Assembly (NCBI RefSeq): GCF_004010195.1
Contig: NC_057728.1
Span: 43,291,431-43,355,430, forward strand
DNA: 64,000 bases
From: Chiloscyllium plagiosum
Lineage: Eukaryota
Direction: 5' to 3'
Positions 12,791-64,000 of this stretch are shown one piece after another. The position numbers and the translations under genes are program-made. A model generated the notes under the pieces. It had not been told where the DNA came from, did no database searches, and worked only from the letters and a program-made list of their open reading frames with translations. Within the stretch, counting starts at the first letter, position 1; each line of letters begins with the position of its first letter.

Positions 12791-13559
12791 CAGAAAGGGT
12801 ACAGAAGAGGGAAGGGATGCTTGACATCATGCTGTTCATCCACTATGATATGAAATCCTGTCTCTCGCAAGAGAATGACCATTCCTGAAGGGATACTAAG
12901 ACATCCATGACCCTCTGACTAAATAAATGCCATTCTTCATTCCACTGCATTTCCCACAGTTACCCTGCTGTCAGTGTAATTCATTGCACACAGTTTCCAA
13001 TCATTAGCTGCTTGCCTTCTCTCCCTTGTGCTTTGCAGGTACCATCAGGATATCCACAACTTTGGTGGAGAAACTGTCTGCTCTGCTTGAATTCACATCC
13101 TTGACCTCTGAGGACAAGAGTATCTTGGCCACAGAGTTACAAATTGGTGGGAATATCAAGTTTAGAAATTTTGGGAATACAACCTGGTGAGCACCTCCCT
13201 GTAAAAGCTCTGTAGCTGGCCAAAGATGTTCCCAATCGTTGGCACTTGGAGAACTTCCGGCTGTTTAGTCCCAGTCCCAAAGGACACAGTGATGTTGGCA
13301 ATCAGGGTTTTATCCATACGCACAGGAGGAGAACAGGGGTGACAATTGCATATCTGTAATGCAATGGCCCTGATAGGCCAGAATTTATAGGAGTACAGAT
13401 ATACTTTGGGGTCCAGCCTGCCTCAAGTATGTGACTGTCTGTCTCCGTGGATTGGTTGGTAGCTGAAAGAAAGAGCCAGATCCAGCACTCTCAAGGTTTG
13501 TTGGAGAGGCACATACACCTACACTTTATCATCCCAGTCATTGTTCAAAAGACGTTTCT

Positions 13560-13862
13560 CCTTGTGGGGCAATGTGGAATGAGAGGTCATAGATTTAGTC
13601 TCAGGCACAGCAGATTTAAACCAGAGATGAGGAGGATCACTTCTCTCAAAGGTCATCAATTTGTGGAATTCACCAGCCCAGAGGGTGATGGACACCGGAA
13701 TGAATTCATTTAAGGAGGTAGACAGATTTTTAACTAGTAATGGGTAACATTTTATGGAGCATGGGTAGGAATGTGTTGTGGCCAAGATGGGATCAGCCAT
13801 GATTATATTAAATAGGCTTGAGAGACTGATTTGCCTATTCCTGCTCCTAGTTCTTCTGTTCT
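13560..13862 (+). mobile_element. CR1 LINE 3' end
   Basis: RGHRFSLR...EMRR and the gatcagccatgat / cctattcctgctcct tail. Confidence 0.8.
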
Positions 13863-14136
13863 AAGACTTTGGCTCTGTCTCGCTGCACATGCAGTGTTTC
13901 CCATTTGCTGTGTGCATGCTGTTGGCACATGGTGCAAGTAAGAGATTCATGTAACATAGAACTGAGAGCGAGATGCATATTCCTTTGACTAACAAATGCT
14001 GAGCAGCATGGCATGCTGTCTCATTGTGTGTCTGTGCTAATTAATACAGCAAAGCATTTGTTTAATGATCACAGGAAGAGAATATTGACTCAAGAAATAA
14101 CTTTGATTGAATGCAAACATTTGCTAGAAAAGAAAC

Positions 14137-15220
14137 AAGGAGGTAAAAACAATGACTGCAGATGCTGGAAACCAGAGTCTAGATTAGAGTGGTGCTGGAA
14201 AAGCACAGCAGTTCAGGCAGCATCCGAGGAGCAGTAAAATCGACGTTCCAGGCAAAAGCCCTTCATTAGGAATACAGGCAGAGTGCCTGAAGGGTGGAGA
14301 GATAAATGAGTGAGGTTGAAGTGTTCCGAGGCGGAAGATGAGGCATTCTTCCTCCAGGCGTCTGGTGGTGAAGGAGCGACGGTGAAGGAGGCCCAGGACC
14401 TCCATGTCCTTGGCAGAGTGGGAGGGGGAGTTGAAATGTTGGGCCACAGGGCGGTGCGGTTGATTGGTGCAGGTGTCCCAGAAATGTTCCCTAAAGTGCT
14501 CTGCTAGGCGGCGTCCAGTCTCCCCAATGGAGAGGAGACCGCATCGGGAGCAACGAATACAATAAATGATATTGGTGGATGTTCAGGTAAAACTTTGATG
14601 GATGTGGAAGGCTCCTTTAGGCCTTGGATGGAGGTGAGGGAGGAGGTGTGGGCACAGGTTTTGCAATTCCTGCAGTGGCAGGGGAAGATGCCAGGATGGG
14701 AGGGTGGGTTGTAGGGGGGCATGGACCTGACCAGGTAGTCACGGAGGGAACGGTCTTTGTGGAAGGGAGAAAGGGGTGGGGAGGGACTTATATCCCTGGT
14801 GGTGTGGTCCATTTGGAGGTGGCAGAAATGTTGGTGGATGATTTGGTTATGTGCAGGTTGGTAGGGTAGAAGGTGAGCACCAGGGGCATTCTGTTCTTGT
14901 TATGGTTGGAGGGGTGGGGTCTGAGTGCGGAGGTGCGGGATGTGGACGAGATGCATTGGAGGACATCTTTAATCACGTGGGAAGGGAAATTGCAGTCTCT
15001 AAAGGAGGAGGCCATCTGGTGTGTTCTGTGGTAGAACTGGTCCTCCTGGGAGTAGATACGGCGGAGGCGAAGGAATTGGAAATACGGGATGGCATTTTTG
15101 CAGGAGGTAGGGTGGGAAGAGGTGTAATCCAGGTAGCTGTGGGAGTCGGTGGGTTTGTCAAAAATGTCGGTGTCAAGTCGGTCGTCACCAACTCCCACAA
15201 CTACCTGGATTACACCTCTT
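14137..15220 (-). mobile_element. Penelope-like element (RT C-terminus, GIY-YIG region, pLTR), 5'-truncated with fold-back end
   Basis: KPTDSHSYLDYTSSHP, LVLTFYP, CRNCKTC, RRLEEECLIFRLGTLQP; mutated hammerhead at 14238-14273. Confidence 0.9.
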
Positions 15221-15404
15221 TAGCATGGAAACAGGGAGTCTCTTCACTGAGGTTTAAATATTTGTATGGTTGTGGTTGAGGATAAAAAGATTATTTCTTT
15301 GTTCCTGATATTTGTAATAAGACTGTTTCAATTATTTCTATATATTGTAAAATAATTTGTGTTTCTTTGTTATTGTGTGCAATAGTCTGGAAGTTCTTTT
15401 GTTT

Positions 15405-15545
15405 CATATAATAAAAGCAAAGTACTGCAAATACTGGAACTCTGAAACAAGCATGGAGAATGCAAGAGAAACTCAGTGGTTCTGGCAGCATTTGTGGAGA
15501 GAAATGAAGGTAATGTTTTGACTGGCATGATTCTTCTTCAGAACT
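15405..15545 (-). mobile_element. Solo PLE pLTR remnant
   Basis: Same motif set as 25445-25575; decayed ctgaaga...aaaacatta core. Confidence 0.6.
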
Positions 15546-16019
15546 AGTATTTAAAGTAAGCAGCAATTATCATGGATCCAAAGATGTTATTATCCATTTC
15601 AACCAAGCCTCAAGCCCATGAAAGTTGTCTTTATATTCAGCTCACTGTCAGAGGCTGAACTCCAAACTGCCAAAGGATTTCCCTTTAAAGAGGACTATAT
15701 AGAGTTCATCTAGCCCACTCATTTCATAAAGGAGCTGAGAATATAGTTAGACGTTGGTGCCTTGGCTAGAAAAGATTTTGGGGAAAGGTGGGTGTGAGAG
15801 ACAAATGAGCTGAGACAATGTTTAACAAAGTGTGTTTATGTTCACTTAGCTGCATACGCATCTGATCTGTTCATAGGTTTTACTTTGACTCACATTAAAA
15901 TTATGTGCCTGAAATTGCTGTACAGATTCTCTTGTTTTTTTTTTGTTAGTACAATGCAGTTACATGCCTTTCGGCACATCATACTTGAGTCAACCATATA
16001 TTCTCTTGAATTTTTGTTT

Positions 16020-16720
16020 TATTAGTACAGCACGGGAACAGGCCCTTTGGCCCACCACACCTGTGCCAACCACAATGCCATTCTAACCTAATCATATCTG
16101 CACATGGTCTGCATCCCTCTATACCCTGCCTGTTCATGTGTCTGCACAAATACTTCATAAACGTTGATATCATATGTGCTTCTATCACCTCCATAGCAGC
16201 ACATCCCAGGTACCGTGCAACCTCTCCTTTAAACTTTCCCCTCACACTTTAAACCTATGCCCCCTAATATTTGACATTTCCACACTTGGAAAAAGCCTCT
16301 GACCATCCACCCTATCCAACCCTCTCATAATTATATATACTTCCATCAGGTCACCCCTCAGACTCCAATGTTCTGGTGAAAACAAATTCAAGTTTGTCCA
16401 ACCTCTCCTTATAGATAATACACTCCAATCCAAGCTAACATCTTGGTAAACCTTGCTTGCACTTTCTCCAAGACCTCTACATCGTTCCTATAGTGTGGCA
16501 ATTAGAATTGCACACAATATTCCAAATGTGATCTATCAAAAGTTTTATACAGCTGTCAAAGCATTTGGATTTTTAAGAAGTATCTGGATAAGTATTTAAA
16601 ATACCTGCGCATAGTAGATTGTGGACCAAGTGCAGATAAGTTGGACTAGTGTAGTTTGGTATTTGTTGGTTGGCATAGACATGGTGAGCTGAAGGACCTG
16701 TTTCTATTCTGTATGACCTA
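16020..16720. mobile_element. Two CR1 3' fragments in opposite orientation (16020-16555 minus; 16560-16720 plus)
   Basis: WSLRGDLMEVY...IRGHRFKV on minus; CR1 3' tail on plus. Confidence 0.8.
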
Positions 16721-17914
16721 TTAATAAGTTTGATTAAAATGCCAAGGATGAGATGTATAATTTCCAATTTGGAATTTCAAACACAAAAACTAAGATTATT
16801 CCAACTCCCTATACTATTTTTCAAGAATACAATAATCTGGAAATTGCTGTAGACAATCATTCCATTTATCTTTAATATTTTCTTCTATAATTTTATCAAA
16901 AGTACAAATGAGTACATTATTTCTTCAAATAGAGAGGAAAAATTTCTATGTTTGCATACTAACATAACTGACAGTACCTTCTAGTATTATGCACAACTTT
17001 AAAATATCAAACAGATCTCTTGTACAGTATATCAGTATCAGCTGCTGAAATATATAGTGCAATTTAATTTTCTATAATTGCCATATATGCCAGTCTTGAA
17101 TTTTGTTTTTGGATTTCTTCTCTAAGGTCATCTAGTCTTACATAAATTGGTAGGACTTTTTAGAAATTATGGATTAAGTACTAGAAGTAGATTTACATTT
17201 ATAGCCTATATGTTTTAAGATCTAATAATATAAAATGTAACATTAATATAATGAAATAGATACTGAAGCTACACATTAACAACAAAAAAGTGTTTGTGCA
17301 TGCATGATAAGTCTCATTTGAATTATCTTTACACATTGCTTTTAACCAGATTTTAAATTTATGCAGTGGCTTGTCTTGTGCGTCTGTATTTGATTACACT
17401 ATAGTAGAAAATCATTAACATGCAGTGACAACACAAGTTGAATTCATGTTTTCCTGTGACAGATTTTCAGGTTTTCTTTGAAGGTCAAGCTTTGAGTAAT
17501 GATGCTTCAAGCAGATTGGGTTCAAGACTTAATTTTATTTCACATAATATTCATTTTTGTGTTATTTTTAAACAGTTGTTAAGCCCTGATCAGGACTATA
17601 TTAAAACTTGTGTAAAGAAATCCTATGTACTGTACCTGTCAACCAGTGTGTGTGTGTAGTAAAATAAATCCATATGACATATTAATAAAAAACAGAAAAT
17701 GCTGGACATGCAAGGCAAGTCAGTCAATACCAGTAAATATCTTAACATGTAGACTTACATCAGAGTTTTAATTTCTCTGTTTTTCCACAGGTACTAAGAT
17801 AGTTATTGCCTGTTTATAATATTTTCAGAGTTCTAGCATTGCCAGTTCTATAAAAAAAAGAAAGTGTTATTACATCTATAAGAATTCGTAATATACCAGT
17901 ACTTTGTTGATAAA

Positions 17915-18085
17915 GAAATGCCGAAACAGAAATTGCTGGAAAAGCTTAAGTTGTGAGGAAGGGTTACTTGACCCAAAACGTTAACTCTGATTTCTCTTCA
18001 CAGATGCTGCCAGATCTGTTCAGCACTTTCTGCAATTTTTCTTTTTGTTTCTGATTTACAGCATCCACAGTTCTTTTGATTTTCA
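17915..18085 (+). mobile_element. PLE pLTR remnant with short inverted segment and decayed hammerhead (17949-17986)
   Basis: agtt-GTGAGGA-A-GGGT...ACCC-AAAA-CG-TT-aact; gaaacagaaattgctggaaaagct is inverted relative to the downstream pLTR. Confidence 0.65.
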
Positions 18086-18997
18086 GAAAATCTATGAAAA
18101 TGTGCTTTCAGCAAAAAAGTAAAATATTGCCTGATTACAAAAAGATATCTAGTGAAATTATTAGAATGGTGATGGCAAAATATTTCTGTGAGCACTTTTG
18201 AAGAGCCTTGCAATTATGCAAGCCAGGAAACCAAGATTGGGAATGTATTAAAATCAGTTTCTTCTTTTATATTCATGACTTCACTGGACAAAAAGCAGAG
18301 AAACCAAGGTTTATATTGTACTACTAAAGGAATGGTAATTACTCAGAGGATGTTTGCAGCCTAAGGAACTTAAATTGATCATATACTAATTAACAGTACA
18401 TTATAGTAGATCAAGGCAACTGAAAATGAAAATTATACATATTTATAATGAACATTATATGTTACTCATATGGGTTTAAAAGATCTCACCTTTAGTTCAA
18501 ATTGCAAGCATATAAAAATAACTCAGAGCAGGCAAATACAAGATAATGAAAGAAATTTTCATGTCAAAATTTTGATTGCATTCTCATTAAAGATATATTG
18601 GACCAATTTACTCTAAAAAAGATAACTGAATGGTACAGTATAACTCAGACAAATGTTAAAATTACAGAGAAATTTGCACAGCCCCTAACAAATCTCTTTA
18701 GTTTGCTTTCAGTGTACAGAGTTATGATGCAAATGTTTCTAATCCTTCCAAAAGTGAAAGGAAGGTAAGATCTCATCAGCTGAAAACAATGGATGATTGC
18801 TTTTACCATACAGGTTTTTAAATTGTATTATCCAAAGATACTATGTTAATATATTTCCATTTATAATCTACAAATCAAAGAGATTTAGAAATGAAATTTT
18901 TCTGTCAGGAAGGCACTTAAAACATGCAAGCACCAAACTGTGTCATTGTCAAGTAAATCTGCAATAACGCAAATACAACAATAAAGTGAAGACTAAC

Positions 18998-62476
<43,479 letters not shown>

Positions 62477-62537
62477 CTGAAATACAGAAAAAGTCAAAAT
62501 TCTACAGTGTTTCTCATAACTTTTGACATAACACATA

Positions 62538-62670
62538 TTCTGAAGGAGAGTCACTGGAATCAACATGTTAATTCTGCTTTGTCTCCAAAGACGCTGCCAG
62601 ACTTGCTGAGTTTCTCCAGCAATTTCTATTTTTAGTTCAAACCTTCAGCATCTGCAGTTAATTGTTTTAT
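62538..62670 (+). mobile_element. Solo PLE pLTR remnant next to an exon acceptor
   Basis: Aligns to 31385-31490 and 17950-18080. Confidence 0.65.
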
Positions 62671-64000
62671 TCCCAGTCTCTTCAAATTTTCCTATGCTTC
62701 TCGGCTGCACCCCAGTGTTGAGTGCATACTATCCAACAACCAACCAGGCTCTCAGATTGTTACCTGCACCTCAGAAAGAATTTCTAAACAGAGTACTTGT
62801 TATGTATTCTAAACATGGGACTTAATAAAAGTACGAGGGAAATTTATTCTTCCTGAGTGATAAGCTGCAACCACACACTCTCCATGCCTCTTTGATGGCA
62901 ATTCTGAGATATCAACCAACTTTTATATATGAAAGCTAAACAGTATTTCTGAAAAATATTTGAACACATTGTCTGTTGTTAAATAGCATTTGTTTCAGTT
63001 TTTTAAATTAAAGATAAAAGCTAAGAATAGAAACAAATCAAAGAAGCAAAAAAAATTGGATGTGTAGTTTTCTCCTGTATTTTTCCACTTCAAGGTATTT
63101 TTATATTTTGTGTATTTATCATGTTTATATGGTGTAAGAGTTTTTTGACATTTTTGTGTATTTCTATCATGCTGCACAATAAGATCATTTAAAAATATGT
63201 CTTGCAATTAGGTTTGTGTTAAAATGTTGTAAGGTGGGCCATCCTGAGCTTAAAGTCAGGTCTGAAGAGACAAAAAAAAAGGACAACGTTGAACTAAACT
63301 AAAATGCACATTCACAACAGACACATACACATACAGACATTTGTCTACAGCAAATGAGCTAAACAATATCCATCTCCTGTACTGCTGTACCTTGAGACAC
63401 CCCCTGCAAGAAACATAGTATGATCACATGTAGGTGTCTCTGGGTAGTCAGGATTAGATTGATAGCCATGTCAGATAACTCATTTGAAGGTATTGCATCA
63501 TATGCCATAAACCAGAGAGAGGAAATTGCACAAAACCGTAGCTCTCAAGGACATCTCTGCTGCATCTGAAAGCTTTACTCAAACAATCATGGGAAGACAT
63601 TGGAGTATTTGTTGGCAGAGTGACCATATTCTTGTACATATCATCTCATTAAGCAACTACTACTGTGAGTTTATATTGTTGCTCATGGACTTAAGAAGAT
63701 GGTTATCACAAAGTGGAAACTATCCAAAACTGTTTCCTGCATCTTTGATAGCCGATATACTAAGGGCCTTAGAGGCTAGTGAGAACCCTGTGGAAGAGTC
63801 TTCCACATTTGTTAGTAAGAAATCAATTACACACCTTTCCTTCACCTTATACAATGGTAACTTTTTGCAGTTGAAGACCTTGAAGGCTTTTTGAAACTGT
63901 TTTCTTTCTGCTTTGACTGCAAATTAGATTAGTTTGCTTTGACCATAATGTCTGAAAAATTGTATTTTGGAAAGAAAGGTAAAACATGTTATAAATCATC

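Noticed and set aside
63391..63403. Possible microexon ttgcag|GGGGTGTCTCAAG|gtacag on the minus strand
   Set aside because: 13 nt would break the frame before a phase-0 exon, and it has no recognisable liprin peptide.

Overview
Eukaryotic, repeat-rich genomic DNA from a cartilaginous fish. The HE1/V-SINE, CR1 and Penelope repeat content points to a shark; the species cannot be fixed from the sequence. The window lies inside a minus-strand liprin-alpha gene, best matching PPFIA2. Nine GT-AG exons (62476 down to 18998) splice in frame to 1233 nt / 411 aa, covering the end of the coiled-coil region, the Ser/Pro-rich linker and the first SAM domain; both gene ends lie outside the window. The introns contain many decayed CR1 LINEs, HE1 SINEs, Penelope-like elements (PLEs) and three Gypsy remnants, one with the integrase-before-RT (Gmr1-like) order. 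There is also a probable endogenous-retrovirus LTR with PBS and leader. The most notable non-gene signals are (1) minimal hammerhead ribozyme motifs in PLE ends, one apparently intact at 20621-20660, (2) ~110-bp PLE-derived mini-elements with target-site duplications, (3) two short direct duplications at nearly the same spacing (719 and 729 bp), and (4) neural-splicing motifs beside two small exons. Nearly all ORFs in the supplied track are transposon debris. Repeat boundaries are approximate and family names come from motif recognition, not database searches. I see no wholly new protein-coding system.
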